Under the pieces are notes generated by a model that was not told the origin of the DNA, made no database searches, and saw only the letters and a program-made list of their open reading frames with translations. The translations under genes and the position numbers were made by a program. This document shows positions 52,097-63,715 of a stretch of 64,000 nt of DNA, piece after piece (position 1 is the first letter of the stretch; each line of letters opens with the position of its first letter). The stretch covers positions 62,001 to 126,000 of the forward strand of contig VRVR01000020.1 of NCBI GenBank assembly GCA_009859145.1. The letters are read 5' to 3'. Source of the DNA: Andalucia godoyi And28. Lineage: Eukaryota > Protista > Jakobida.

Positions 52097-53215
52097 TCAT
52101 TCGCGCGACGAATAGGTAACCTGGTCGTCTGCTTTGAGCTTCTGGTTCACGCGTGCGTATTTGATCAGAAATGACTCGCCTGGCAACCCAATTTCTCGGA
52201 TATCTCTAATAAACGGTTCTATTTCGGCGGCAGTCCACTTCACTTTTTTCTGGAACAGTGCGCGGAACCTCGTCGACGGATCGTTGCTGAGTTGTCGTTT
52301 TGAGAACTTGGTTACGGTCTTCATCAGACCGTCTACAAGAAACAACCCCTCGTCATACAGCGAATCAATGGAGAAGAATGATCCCCGGGGAAGCGAAGAA
52401 CCAAGTATATCCAGCAGGTCGTCCATAGGCCACACTGGGCTTCTGCTCAACAGTTGCTCTGTGCGGAACACTGCGGCGTCCACACTGGACATGCAGCCAA
52501 GGAAATGCGCAATCAGCATGGGATCCAAGTCTGGATGGCCCTCTGTTCTTTCCACAATCATCCGTGTGCATGCGTCCAGATCGTGAGCAGCAACAGGAAT
52601 CGAGAGGTTCAGTTCCACACAGGAATCCAGGATAAAGTTTGTGACGAAATGCCGCGTGTTCGGCTCCGCAAGTCTCCAAAACCCGTTCACTTGCAATGCC
52701 TTGATTGCTCGGAGCCCGGCAAGGATCTCGGCACGCGATGCTTGAACCTCAGTCTCGAGTGCCTGCAAAGTATACAAGTCCAGAGTCGTCAGCAGCTCCT
52801 CGTGAGGCTTGTAGTACTTCTTCTTTAGCAGCTCTTCTATCCTAGAAAGCCGCGGGTTCGTCCTCGCAATCTCCAGAATGGAATGGTTGCATGACTGCAC
52901 ATAGCGCACTTCACTGTCAGATACAACTGGTAACGCAACTGCTGACGGCGCTGAAGGAAACAAGAGCAACGAATTGGATGTTTCTGCAGCGCGCACAGAG
53001 AACGTTTCACAGTCGGTGCACAACACAAGAAGGTCATCCGGTCTGCCTTTGAATGAGACACTCGAAGAAGCGGGAGCTGAAGAAGAACCTGCGGGAAACG
53101 AGGGAAGACTCGAAAACACAGCAAGCTGAGCTTCCGTTACCTCCAAAAGTATTACGTCTGATCCATCCGCATCAAACCGGCCGCCATAGAAAAACTCGAA
53201 TGCTTTGTTCTCCAT
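52097..53215 (-). CDS. DSCC1: Sister chromatid cohesion protein Dcc1 (Ctf18-RFC module)
   Basis: VILLEV, FKGRPDDLLVLCTDCETFSVRAAETSNSLL, VQASRAEILAGL, RFRALFQKKVKWTAAEIEPFIRD. Confidence 0.9.
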   Translation of the reverse strand: MENKAFEFFYGGRFDADGSDVILLEVTEAQLAVFSSLPSFPAGSSSAPASSSVSFKGRPDDLLVLCTDCETFSVRAAETSNSLLLFPSAPSAVALPVVSDSEVRYVQSCNHSILEIARTNPRLSRIEELLKKKYYKPHEELLTTLDLYTLQALETEVQASRAEILAGLRAIKALQVNGFWRLAEPNTRHFVTNFILDSCVELNLSIPVAAHDLDACTRMIVERTEGHPDLDPMLIAHFLGCMSSVDAAVFRTEQLLSRSPVWPMDDLLDILGSSLPRGSFFSIDSLYDEGLFLVDGLMKTVTKFSKRQLSNDPSTRFRALFQKKVKWTAAEIEPFIRDIREIGLPGESFLIKYARVNQKLKADDQVTYSSRE

Positions 53216-54207
53216 GGCTTGTTGACTCCCCCGTACTGAATGTATCTGAATGTTCGAGTCTGGGAAAGAAAAAGAAGAAGACAAAAAAAAGAAAAGCAAA
53301 ATAGACAAAAAGAGACAAGAAAAAGCAAACACGACAGTATCCAATGAAATAGACACACACACACACACACGCACATACGCACATGTACCGCTGCCACTTA
53401 CTGCGGGAATGATGAAGCAATCAAAAGCGCACGTAAACAAAAACACTGCCACTCGCCTTGCGCATGCGTTTGCTATCTTGGCAGCTCTGTCACACGATGC
53501 CCGATTCGTTTCGCCCCATTTTGATCATGAAATCCCTATAAACACGCCGTCGCGTTGCATTCTCGCACACCGACGCTCATTTCTTTATTTTTATTGTCCA
53601 TGCAACGCAGCATCTATCCTAGGAACGTATCTCATGCCGAGGGGCGTGTTGGGGCCTTACCCCCTTCCCACTCATGCTACGCATGTTGTTGGGTTGCAAC
53701 ATTGATTATGGGTGATCAGCGGTGATTATGGGTGATCAGCGATAATTATCCGTGGATAGGGTACAATGTAAGCGCACGCAATGAGTCCGCCGCGCCAAAA
53801 TCGGAGGATTTTTTGTTGGCACTTTCAAAGGAAAGCAAAACAAAGAGCCGTGCATCCCGATCGACCCGTGTCGACAAAAACCCGCAAGTCGCCAATCGAG
53901 GTGGTGACACCTGGCAAGTCTGACAAACATGACACATACACACGCATCCCTTGTCTTCTCAGTATGACGACGGGCTCTCTGTCTTTCTCTCGCAGCCTTT
54001 CTCTGTTTGCAAATCGCACCAAGACACAAACCCTCCGACTTTTCCTGCTTTGTTTCAACTCAGGCTCGCTTGCTTTCCCTATTTCTCTTTATATTATTTT
54101 ATAATTTTTTTTTTAGTAAATTTAATTTGCCCATCTTTATAGAATTTGCTCTTCTTCTTTTTTTCTTATTTGTTTGTTTTGTACGTTAACGCATTTGTGT
54201 TGCAGCG

Positions 54208-55101
54208 ATGAGATTTTCTCGGTGCATTGCGCTTGCACTTCTGGGTCTTCTTGTGCTTTCGCTCGTTCCGCGAGTGTATACGCAGCAGCCGACGGACGCT
54301 TCTGATGATGATGTGGAAGTGTATGATGAAGACGATGAGTCGGGGACTGCAGGAGGCGCAGCTGGCGTCGATGGCGAGTTCAGCGAAGAACAGATCAAGG
54401 CACAGCTTGCGGCTCTGCAGCAGCGGTCTTTGCTTCGGTTTCGCACGTTGATTCCGATGCATGCGGACCTGAAGTTCCCTGTTTCCGAGGTTTTTGATAT
54501 TTTGGTTGGAGCATTCAATGTGCATTCTACTGCAGTGAACATCTCGGTTCTCCGCGCTCAGCTGATGCCCGCATATGACCTCTCGACTCCTCTTTACAAC
54601 TTCTCTGCCATTGCATACAACGATGTTGTCCAGCCTGGTGAGCACACTGCGCTCATGTACAAGTTGCGCATCGACCCGTACTTTGACCCGCGTGAATACG
54701 GTCTTGTTGTCCAGGCGTTCTATGAGGACACCGAGGGACAGCGGTTCATGTCGACGGTTTTCAACTCGACGATCACTGCCGTAGATGCAGCACCCGCATA
54801 CGAAGCCGACAAGCTGGTTTCTTCCATTCTTGCATACTCTGTGATTGGTGCTGCTGTTTATCTGGTTGTGAATGCGCTGTGGGAACCGTCTGTCAAGGCT
54901 CTCATCACGCAAGAAAGAAAGAAGAAATCCGCAGACACAAAGAAGAGCGCCGCCGCGATCGAAAAGGAAGAAGCACTCGCAGCCGTTGTCTTACCGGAAA
55001 ACGTCAAGAGAGACTTCCTGCCCGAGCATGTTCTTCGCGATCTCTCCAAGCGATCCGGAACGACTTCCCCAACAAAGAGAGCTCCGTCGCCAAAGAAGTA
55101 A
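54208..55101 (+). CDS. SSR1: Translocon-associated protein alpha (TRAP-alpha)
   Basis: Signal peptide, acidic N-terminus, luminal YNFSAIAYNDVVQPGEHTALMY...FNSTITAVD, single TM, basic tail ending in a D-FLP-like segment. Confidence 0.88.
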   Translation: MRFSRCIALALLGLLVLSLVPRVYTQQPTDASDDDVEVYDEDDESGTAGGAAGVDGEFSEEQIKAQLAALQQRSLLRFRTLIPMHADLKFPVSEVFDILVGAFNVHSTAVNISVLRAQLMPAYDLSTPLYNFSAIAYNDVVQPGEHTALMYKLRIDPYFDPREYGLVVQAFYEDTEGQRFMSTVFNSTITAVDAAPAYEADKLVSSILAYSVIGAAVYLVVNALWEPSVKALITQERKKKSADTKKSAAAIEKEEALAAVVLPENVKRDFLPEHVLRDLSKRSGTTSPTKRAPSPKK

Positions 55102-55369
55102 CGTTTCCAAAAATGAGCTCCTGGACTGTTTTTCTTCTCCTTGTTCTTGTGCAGAAGGCTTTTGTGGTCCACAATACTATGTTGATAGGATGAGTATTGA
55201 GTATGATGATGACAATAGTAAAATAATCAACAACAACAACAATAACAATTATTATTATTATAAAAGAAGAGCAAGGAGGACAGCATCAAAGGACTTCTTA
55301 GAAGACTCAAGAGAGAATACAACCGCCAAAGTCTGCATGGATTTTTTGCGTTTGCGTTTTTTTTTCCGT

Positions 55370-55371
<2 letters not shown>

Positions 55372-55442
<71 letters not shown>
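55372..55442. repeat. (CT)n microsatellite
   Basis: Direct reading of the sequence. Confidence 0.95.
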
Positions 55443-55446
<4 letters not shown>

Positions 55447-55520
55447 TTTTTTATTGATTCTAATTAATATTATTTATTGCTACTGGTACTGGGTTAGTTC
55501 TGCAACAGCGAGGTACTGGG

Positions 55521-56747
55521 ATGGAGAGAAAAGAATACGGAAATGGGCAAGTTGCGTACCAGTTCTTTTCGGACGGAACGGGGACTGTGTATTATCCCGA
55601 TGGCCAAATTGCCATCAGTCTGACGCCGTGCTCCGATGGTATTTTGACGCATATTTTTAATTCCAGCTCCAGCGGTAGCGGCAATCCGAGTCTTTCACAC
55701 AGTCAGAGACTGCGGCATCCGCTTTCCCGTGGTTCATCCAGCACACACTCAGGGCAGCCAGGCGCAGGCGCGGGACTTCCGCTTGGATCTCTGGATATTC
55801 ACATGCGCGGTGTTCTTCTCGACCCGACTTCAAAACCGCCGCATTCTTCTTTGAAACTGCTCCCTGGATCCGAAGCTATTCTAAACGAGTATCTGTCGGC
55901 TTCTGCTCACGATGACGGGAAAATCTCGTTGCGGTACAAAGCAGAAGGGATCGTTCTTACGCTGCCCAGACCGTATATATCTAAGGCGAAAATGAGCACA
56001 GCCGGCTCGCCGTTGCCGTCTCCGGCTGCCAATCGTGAACTGAACGGGCAGCTGCGGGAAATCGAGCGATCTCTTCGGATGTGCACAGAGACATTTTCGC
56101 AGAGTTTGCAGTCTCCTATGGCGCTGAAATCGCACAAGGACGATCCCCTCAATGCAACGATTGATGTCACCAAGAACGCGCCGCTGAGGCTTTCAAAAAC
56201 AGTGAGGCAGGCAAGTGGCAGATACAAGGCTCCGGTGATTCTCAGGTCGGATTCAACAAAGGTAGCGCTCAGGACGTTGTCCCATGTGTCCTACGATTCG
56301 ACGATTGCTGAGGTGAGCAAAGAAAAGCCGCTGATGGTGTGCTGCTGGGCGTCGTGGATTCCACGGGCGTGTGTGTATGAACGAGTGTGGGAAGAGGCAA
56401 ATGGAGTTCCTGGATATCAGATTATGAAGTATGACATGAGCGAGTCAGGATTCCTCAGAGAACGGCACAACGTCAGAATGCTCCCTGCGTTTCTCATTTA
56501 TCACAAAGGAAAACTGGTGTTTGCGAATCATACATTCGATACGCTGAGTGCAACTGTGGACATTACGCGTGATTCCAAACCTTATAGAAAAGCAATGTTG
56601 GAACAGCTGGATGCCGCCGCCAATTTGGCCCCTTTGCCTGAGAAGTTTCGTTTTCGATCCGACATCGATGGTTCCCTGGATTCCGCGATGAGAAACATTG
56701 AACAACGATTGACGGGCTCCAATTTCAAATCGTTCCAAAGGCGATGA
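55521..56747 (+). CDS. FAM194/ERICH6-like N-terminal domain plus C-terminal thioredoxin-like domain lacking CxxC
   Basis: FFSDGTGTVYYPDGQIAI resembles FAM194. KPLMVCCWASW...YDMSESGFLRERHNVRMLPAFLIYHKGKLVF follows the thioredoxin fold pattern. Confidence 0.6.
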   Translation: MERKEYGNGQVAYQFFSDGTGTVYYPDGQIAISLTPCSDGILTHIFNSSSSGSGNPSLSHSQRLRHPLSRGSSSTHSGQPGAGAGLPLGSLDIHMRGVLLDPTSKPPHSSLKLLPGSEAILNEYLSASAHDDGKISLRYKAEGIVLTLPRPYISKAKMSTAGSPLPSPAANRELNGQLREIERSLRMCTETFSQSLQSPMALKSHKDDPLNATIDVTKNAPLRLSKTVRQASGRYKAPVILRSDSTKVALRTLSHVSYDSTIAEVSKEKPLMVCCWASWIPRACVYERVWEEANGVPGYQIMKYDMSESGFLRERHNVRMLPAFLIYHKGKLVFANHTFDTLSATVDITRDSKPYRKAMLEQLDAAANLAPLPEKFRFRSDIDGSLDSAMRNIEQRLTGSNFKSFQRR

Positions 56748-56836
56748 TGTATAAAGGCTGATAAGATCATTTTTCATCCCCCGTGCCTGCGTTGTATGGA
56801 TCATGGATTTCCCCATGAACTAGTAATAATGGCAGA

Positions 56837-57262
56837 TCACTCCGCGAAGAATCTGCGTTTTAAGCGAAGGTTAGAATCAAGAAGCATCTCGCGAGACGAA
56901 GTCGGCACCGTTCTCGTGGTGTCGTCCAGAACAGACCCCGAAACATCGCTGACGACGCACACTGCATAATGATGCTGCGCAAGCGGTTGCGAGGCACCAG
57001 ATGCATCTGGTGAACCTGCAGACTGGAAAATCGGAGTGGCTTGAAATGACTCAAATCGGTGAGACACTCTCGAAAACTCTTGCGGCTGGTCTGACGGAGA
57101 AGCTGCTGGTGAGGCTTGTTTGGGGTCTGAAGAGGCAAGCAGTTGGACCTCCGACTTGTTGGACGCCTGTGCCTGGTCCTGTTGGCAGCAATAATAATAA
57201 TAATACCATCCTCCACCAGCAATAGACATTCCGCAAACCGCACGAAGCAGGAATCGAGGCAT
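56837..57262 (-). CDS. Possible small protein (141 aa) with an N-terminal hydrophobic anchor
   Basis: ATG-initiated ORF; no family recognised. Confidence 0.3.
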   Translation of the reverse strand: MPRFLLRAVCGMSIAGGGWYYYYYCCQQDQAQASNKSEVQLLASSDPKQASPAASPSDQPQEFSRVSHRFESFQATPIFQSAGSPDASGASQPLAQHHYAVCVVSDVSGSVLDDTTRTVPTSSREMLLDSNLRLKRRFFAE

Positions 57263-57526
57263 CGTCGAATGTGTTCTTGTTTCCTGCTAGCCGATAGTCA
57301 GTGCCCAAATGAAGAAGAAAAGAGATGATGATGACAATGATGGCGATGGCAAAGAAGAAAAATGGAATGGGAAGGAGAACAGAACTTTTGTTTTTACGGA
57401 TAGTCATCGCTCGCCAAAGACATGAATCATCATGGATCATCGGCTAAGCTGTCCCCGAAGATAGATCCAAACCACATGTTTTTTTCGGGGGGTTTTTTAA
57501 TTTAAATTATTCGGGGCAAGCACCAG

Positions 57527-57905
57527 CTCTTCAATGCAGATTGCTCTGCAGTCAAAGAGTCATCGCAGCCAACATATTACCCAATCGATTCAACATTCGA
57601 AAGATGAGCATTGGAGGAAACAGAATGTGGTCGGCGGCGTTGCGCATTGCGTCTGACGACGCTTTTGCCCTTGCTTCTTCTTGTTCTCTGACTTGAAAAA
57701 GCGCATTCCGAACGCAAATCGATCGCATCTTCGTGATTTGATGATCCTCAGCTTGCTCAGCAAGTTGCGACGAGGGGGGAATCAACGGATTTCTTGGTTC
57801 TCGGTATCTTCGGGCATGGTCGATTTGCGTTTGTTGGGAAGATCCCTCTTTGGAGCCATGAGATGATTTGTCTTTGTCCCTGATGAAAGGTGCTGCTTGA
57901 GGGTT
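57527..57905. repeat. Dispersed repeat family A, copy 2
   Basis: Near-identical to 23603-23981, same orientation. Confidence 0.92.
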
Positions 57906-58084
57906 TTGATTATTAAAATAACCCAAACAAACAGAAAATAATAATAGAAAGAGAAAAAAGCAAAGAATGAAAAAATTCTGGATAAGAAAAATCTTTGTGC
58001 TGGTGAAAAAAGCTTCCGGTGTGATATTGTCTGATGTTCAACGTTGATACACAAAACGGTCAGCCGTCACCCAGTATCGGTGTT

Positions 58085-60148
58085 TTAATCGTCATATCGT
58101 CTGCGCTTGCCTCGTGGACCGTCATCGTCATCCTCGTCATCTCTGGATCGCTTTCCAAAGCGCCGTCCGTCATCCAAGTCTCTTCTTCTATTATCAAAGT
58201 CGCGATTGCGATCCTCGTACGCACGCCCACCTCGGCCCCGGTTCTCAGGACGTCCATGTCCGAACCGCGAACGCTCTGCACCCGCCATCGGATCCACTTG
58301 GCGGCCGACCATGCCGGCAGCAGCTGTTTCTTCTTCGTCGAGTGCATGGTAGCGAAGACCGACAGCTTTGGGGGTTACTACGCACATGGCATCTTTGACA
58401 CGAGCAACTTTCTCGGGGGAAGGGTTCCACTTCTCAAACCCAGCTTCGTTCTGCAACCAAAAGACATGCGTGCCAGAACGATTGGGAAGGATGCGCTCTT
58501 CAATAGAAGCACGATGTTGGAAGCCGTTCACAGAAGAGTAAGTCAGCGGTAGTGCGACAAAGTCAGCACGCTTGAAAGGAGAGGCTTCCAACATTTGCAA
58601 AGTCTTGAACGGAGGATCAAGCCATTCAGGGACAAACACAATAAATGAAATTGGCTCTGACGTCGCCGAAATTAAAGACTCCATGTGCTGAACTGCTCCT
58701 TCCATAACATCCTCTGCATACGGAGGATGAACTTGGAAAGATCCGCGAGTGGGGCGAAAATTGAAAAAAGAACCCAAAGACCCAAATGCTGCGTCGGTGT
58801 CAAGAAACAGGGAGCAATAGGAAGGAAGGTATGAGTTCAACGGAGAAGCGAAGCACTCCACGGAAACTTCAAAGTGCTCGACAAGCGATCGGAACGTCTC
58901 AGGAGTAATGGAATTCTGGAACCCAGCTCCTTCGAATTCTTGGAAGCCAAACCAGGAGCGGTAACGTCGAAGAAGCAGCCACACTCGAGTTGCACAGTCG
59001 TTGAGATCCGCGGCTGCATTGTTCCGCAGATACAAAAATTGCAACTTTTTCCAAAAAGCACGATTTAAAGTGGCCTCATCCTCACCACCTCCGTAAGACA
59101 GCCGCAAGATGTCCACGGTGTGGTCATTCGTGTCCACGTCAACGGGCTTCGTTTCCGAAGCCGCAGCATCCTTGCAAAAACCATTCAACCAAGATGCAGC
59201 TATGTCAGCATCCTCGATGACTTCGCGAATGAGTTTCTTGACAGGCTCTTCCAAGCACTTGCGAGCATACGGAATCATAGCCTCTCGAACCTCCGCCATC
59301 TTGTTGTGGAGATCCGAAGTCTGCACTTGCGCTGCTGAATCGCGAGCCCACTCCAAAGCATCTCCCAATATTTTCTGCAAGTTTGCAAGTTCTGCAGTCG
59401 AAACCAGAGAGCGTCGGTCCTCAGGCTCCATCATTTTCTTGCAAGTCTGGATCATCTCCTCTAAAACATGCTTGCCATCACGAACATTCGTGAACCTGCG
59501 CGGCTTTGCGGGAACTCCAGATAACAACTGAAACTCCAGCGCATAAGAAGAAATGCCAGCAGCTCCCATGAGACATGGGATGATTGGATCCTTGTCAAGC
59601 GCACCGGGAACCATGCAGCGTTCATGCAAGAAACGGTTATACGAATCACGGGGAGGGGCTGAACCAAGTCGATTGCGGCACCACGACTCAAAATCCGTCC
59701 GCAAATCATGCAGTCTGGACGCCCTCTTCATTTCCATAAGCCCGGATGGAGGAAGAACGGGCTGCGGGACTTCAATGCCCAGCAATGCCGCAAGATCGCA
59801 CGGTGGAGAAAGATCCCACATTGGAGTTGGAAGATTCCCCGCAACATATGCGATATCGCATTTGTCAAAGGAAACCACTTTCTGACGGACCTCCGCTGGG
59901 ACACGCTCGTTGCGAGCTGAAGAAGCCGAAGACGGCAAAGACGAAGAACCACCGGAAGAGCGTGAGAAAGACCGGTCTTTAAGCGAGGCTGACGATGAAG
60001 AAACCGGGGCAGCAGCAGCTGCTGCTGCTGCTGCTGGCAATTCTTCCTCCCATTTCGACTCTTCCGTAACCGGATTGTACAGATAACTGCGGTTCCAAGT
60101 CTTTGACCATCTAGCCTCCCAGCCCGGAGGAATCTTTGACGGATCCAT
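58085..60148 (-). CDS. PCIF1: PCIF1/CAPAM cap-specific adenosine N6-methyltransferase homolog (WW + helical + MTase domains), with a non-canonical HPPY motif
   Basis: WW domain IPPGWEARWSKTWNRSYLYNPVTEESKWE; MEMKRASRLHDLR; SYNRFLHER...DPIIP; LLLRRY; ECFASPLNSY..YCSLFLDTDAAFGSLGSF; GSFQVHPPY. Confidence 0.9.
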   Translation of the reverse strand: MDPSKIPPGWEARWSKTWNRSYLYNPVTEESKWEEELPAAAAAAAAAPVSSSSASLKDRSFSRSSGGSSSLPSSASSARNERVPAEVRQKVVSFDKCDIAYVAGNLPTPMWDLSPPCDLAALLGIEVPQPVLPPSGLMEMKRASRLHDLRTDFESWCRNRLGSAPPRDSYNRFLHERCMVPGALDKDPIIPCLMGAAGISSYALEFQLLSGVPAKPRRFTNVRDGKHVLEEMIQTCKKMMEPEDRRSLVSTAELANLQKILGDALEWARDSAAQVQTSDLHNKMAEVREAMIPYARKCLEEPVKKLIREVIEDADIAASWLNGFCKDAAASETKPVDVDTNDHTVDILRLSYGGGEDEATLNRAFWKKLQFLYLRNNAAADLNDCATRVWLLLRRYRSWFGFQEFEGAGFQNSITPETFRSLVEHFEVSVECFASPLNSYLPSYCSLFLDTDAAFGSLGSFFNFRPTRGSFQVHPPYAEDVMEGAVQHMESLISATSEPISFIVFVPEWLDPPFKTLQMLEASPFKRADFVALPLTYSSVNGFQHRASIEERILPNRSGTHVFWLQNEAGFEKWNPSPEKVARVKDAMCVVTPKAVGLRYHALDEEETAAAGMVGRQVDPMAGAERSRFGHGRPENRGRGGRAYEDRNRDFDNRRRDLDDGRRFGKRSRDDEDDDDGPRGKRRRYDD

Positions 60149-60516
60149 AAGTCTCTTTGTCAAACAGGAATGCGACAAACGACAGAGAAACGAAGTAAGA
60201 GAAAATATGCAGCAGATGCAGCAAAAGGGCCCACAAAGAAAACAAGCACAGGAAAGGCCTGCTCGCTGCAGTCCATGAACTCGTAGGCTGTTGTCTCAAG
60301 TGATGCTGTCGTGGTCCGATATTTTTTATATTGCTTCTACCAAACAAACAAAAAAGGCGTCAGGTTCAAGCGTCTTCTCGCCAACAGGCTCGGACTTGAC
60401 AGGTTTCTCGACTTCTCCGGTCTTGCCCTCCGCAGTTGCGTCTTTCTTCCACAGCCGAGAACGCCCAGGACAAGGGAAAAAGCGAAGGGGATAAGGATTT
60501 AAATTAAAAAAGAAGG

Positions 60517-62058
60517 ATGAGCGCGCCGATTCTCAAACTTCCAGCCAGCACGGGTCTGTTCATCAACAATGAGTTCGTGCGGTGCAAGAAAGGAGATCAA
60601 ATTGCAGTCGTGGATCCTGCAACCGAAGCAGTTATGACTCGTGTGGACGAAGCAGGTCCCGAGGACATAGATGCCGCAGTTCTTTCTGCGCGTCGTGCAT
60701 TTGACGATCCAAACAGCGAATGGAACAGGATCACCGCAACTCAACGTGGCCGCTTGATTTATCGACTTGCGGATGCAATTGAACGCCGGTTCAAGGAATT
60801 CCAGGCTGTGGAATCCGCAACGTCCGGAAAGGCTTTTGCAGAAGCAGAGTATGATGTGAATGCGACTTTGAACGGACTGCGGTACTATGCTGGATTCGCA
60901 GACAAGATCCATGGAAAGGTCATTCCAGTGGACGCAGAAAGTACCCTGTGCTATACACGACGAGAAGCAATCGGGGTTTGTGCGCTGATTGTTCCCTGGA
61001 ACTTCAATCTGATGATTTCTGTGGGCTGGAAAACTGCGTGCGCACTAGCTACTGGCAATGTCGTTATCCTGAAGCCGGCTGAGCAGACGCCACTGACGGC
61101 GCTGCTTGTCGCCGAGTGTGTGAAGGAAGTTGGGTTCCCCCCGGGTGTGTTCCAAGTGTTGAACGGCCGTGGCGCAGTGACTGGAGACGGGCTTGTTCGG
61201 CATGCAGGAGTCGACAAGGTTGCCTTCACTGGAAGCACCGAGGTGGGCAAGTACATCACTCGTGCTGCTGCAGATACTTTGAAGAAAGTCTCTCTGGAAT
61301 GTATGTTGTTTTGTTCTTGTTGTTGTTTATGTTTTCGTTCTAGTTTTTACTAATTTTCTTCGCATACAATAGTGGGTGGCAAGTCTCCAAACATCATTTT
61401 TGAGTCCGCGGACATTGATGCTGCTGTTGAATGGTCCTTCATGGGGACGTTTCTCAATAACGGCCAATGCTGCTGTGCTGGAACTCGTGTTTACGTCCAG
61501 CGTTCGATTTTCGACAAGTTTGTGCAGAAAATTGTCGATATTGCAGAGAAGAAGAAACTCGGGCCTCCATTGCAGCCGGGAGTTGATTACGGTCCACTCG
61601 TTTCGAAAGAGCAGTTTGACAAGGTTATGTCGTACATTGAATACGCAAAGAATGACACGAATTGCAAGATCTTGGCCGGTGGTCGACGCGAAGGGACTCG
61701 TGGCTTCTTTGTCAGGCCAACAGTCGTTCATTGCTTAACGGACACCACAAAAGTAGGTCGTGAAGAAATTTTTGGTCCTGTCATGGCCGTGTTTTGCTTT
61801 GACACGGAAGAAGAGGCAATCCACAGAGCAAATGATTCGTCGTACGGCTTGGCGTCCTCAGTCTTCACCAAGGACCATTCGCAAGCGCTGCGCGTCTCAA
61901 GCAGGCTCCGAGCCGGAACAGTCTGGATCAACAATTACAACATTGTTCCCGTGCAAGCGCCTTTTGGCGGCTTCAAGGAATCTGGAAGTGGCCGTGATCT
62001 CTCAAAGTATGCCATCGAGGGATGGACACAGACGAAGTCGGTAATATCCCGGATGTAA
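60517..62058 (+). CDS. NAD-dependent aldehyde dehydrogenase (ALDH1/2-type, no presequence); 2 exons (60517-61300, 61373-62058)
   Basis: PWNF, KPAEQTP, FTGSTEVG, spliced LE-LGGKSP (catalytic Glu), GQCCCAG (catalytic Cys), EEIFGPV, PFGGFKESG. GTATGT donor, TACTAAT branch point, TAG acceptor. Confidence 0.95.
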
Positions 62059-62216
62059 GACATTCGTCTGCTCCTTTGTTTGTTCGTTTGTTTGTTTTTT
62101 TCCTCCTTCCCGATACTATCCGCTGCAGGCAAAGTGATCTGCCGTGGCATTCGCATTATTTAGCAATGGTAATAAAAAGTTGGATCCCCGTCGATATTTC
62201 GCGCATTCCTGTCTCT

Positions 62217-63338
62217 TCATTCTTCAGGCTCTCTTTCAGGCTGATTTCGGTACCGAAATTCTTCAAATTCCGGCTCAACGCTGTCGTCTTCGAGCGCTTG
62301 GAAAGTACGCATCTCCAAATTGTCTTCACTGTCAGCAAGCCCATCGTGTTTGAAAGACTCTTCGATGTGCACGGGAGTCTCTTTGGACTTGGCATACAGC
62401 ACTAGCGCAAGTCCAGACAAAATTAAGACACCACCAATAAGATCACTGATCAAAGGGGTCCCTCCAAACGCAATCCACGACGCACACGTAGCAAAAATGG
62501 GTTGCAGTGGTTGGAAAGAGGACACGAAAAGAGGGGAGCTACGCTTGAGGGCAACACTGAACAGGATGTATCCAATCGTGGAGCCAACAAAAACCGCAAA
62601 TAGAATCGTTCCCCAAACAATCAGCGGCATCGTGGAAAGCGCGACTCCGAGATCCATTCCAGGCTCGACGAACAGGACATCGATCCCCAAGAAGATTGAA
62701 ATAAACAAACATCCGTACACAAAGAAATTCGCATTCACGCTCAGAACAGGCATGTGCGCCGAAACAGACTTTTGAAGGAAAACACTCCAAACGTTCAAAA
62801 TGATTGTGGAAAAGCACAGCGTTGCACCCAAAGGCACATTTCTCCCTTCTGATGGAGAGTTTGCGTTATTGTCAGAAAAGAACGGGCGCAGCAGAATCAC
62901 CACAAAGCATCCTACGACAGTACACAATATCCCAACGCCTTTGATCCAGGTAAACCGCTCTTTCTTCGTCAATATTGCGACGAATGACACCAGAGCCGGA
63001 GTGGTTGGCACAGCCAATGCAGCAATAATCGCATTGGAGAAGTACAGCCCAACGAGAAACATCAGCTGACTTCCCGATCCTGTGATCAGTCCAAGCAATA
63101 TCAAATCCTTGATGCACCGTCGCGGAGGAATGATTCTTTTCTTATCAAACACTGCTGCAAGAACACCCATTGGAACAATAGACATCCAGATACGCAGAGC
63201 AACAAAGAGCACGGGATACTCGTAGCCTTTCAGTGCGATCGACGACAATACATAATAAATAGCCCAAATCAGTTGGTTGAACACCAGCAGCACGGAAGAC
63301 AATATAATATCCCTTCGTTGCAAACAAAAAGCATTCAT
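62217..63338 (-). CDS. EamA/DMT drug-metabolite transporter (WAT1-like, 10 TM)
   Basis: Two EamA halves: LRIWMSIVPMG...GLYFSNAIIAA...PALVSFVAILTKKERF..IKGVGI and SSPLFVSSFQPLQPIFATCASWIAFG...LIGGVLILSGLALV. Confidence 0.9.
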   Translation of the reverse strand: MNAFCLQRRDIILSSVLLVFNQLIWAIYYVLSSIALKGYEYPVLFVALRIWMSIVPMGVLAAVFDKKRIIPPRRCIKDLILLGLITGSGSQLMFLVGLYFSNAIIAALAVPTTPALVSFVAILTKKERFTWIKGVGILCTVVGCFVVILLRPFFSDNNANSPSEGRNVPLGATLCFSTIILNVWSVFLQKSVSAHMPVLSVNANFFVYGCLFISIFLGIDVLFVEPGMDLGVALSTMPLIVWGTILFAVFVGSTIGYILFSVALKRSSPLFVSSFQPLQPIFATCASWIAFGGTPLISDLIGGVLILSGLALVLYAKSKETPVHIEESFKHDGLADSEDNLEMRTFQALEDDSVEPEFEEFRYRNQPEREPEE

Positions 63339-63715
63339 ATCGGAAAAAGGAACGTGCAAAACAACAATATTCAAAGACGGATTGAAATTACTGGAAATAA
63401 ATAATGGAAAACGGAAATGATGAGGTTCTGTCGATAAAGAAACTAACGCAAAAAATGCAACGCAACCACGCAACCATGCACTTTGAACAGCTTTTTCTCT
63501 TTATTTTCTTCTTTGTTTTTCTTTTTCTTTTTTTCGGTAGTGATGTTGCTGCAGCGATGTGATCAAGTTGAGAAGTCAAACAAACAGCAACGCGGATAAA
63601 AAGCGGGACGCCATTTTTCGCGAACCATTGTGAACTCCTCCTCTTGAGTCGCTCAGCAATGCAATTGTGGACGAGAATGCCCAAATCAAAGCGCGAGTCA
63701 GCCGGAAATCGCATG

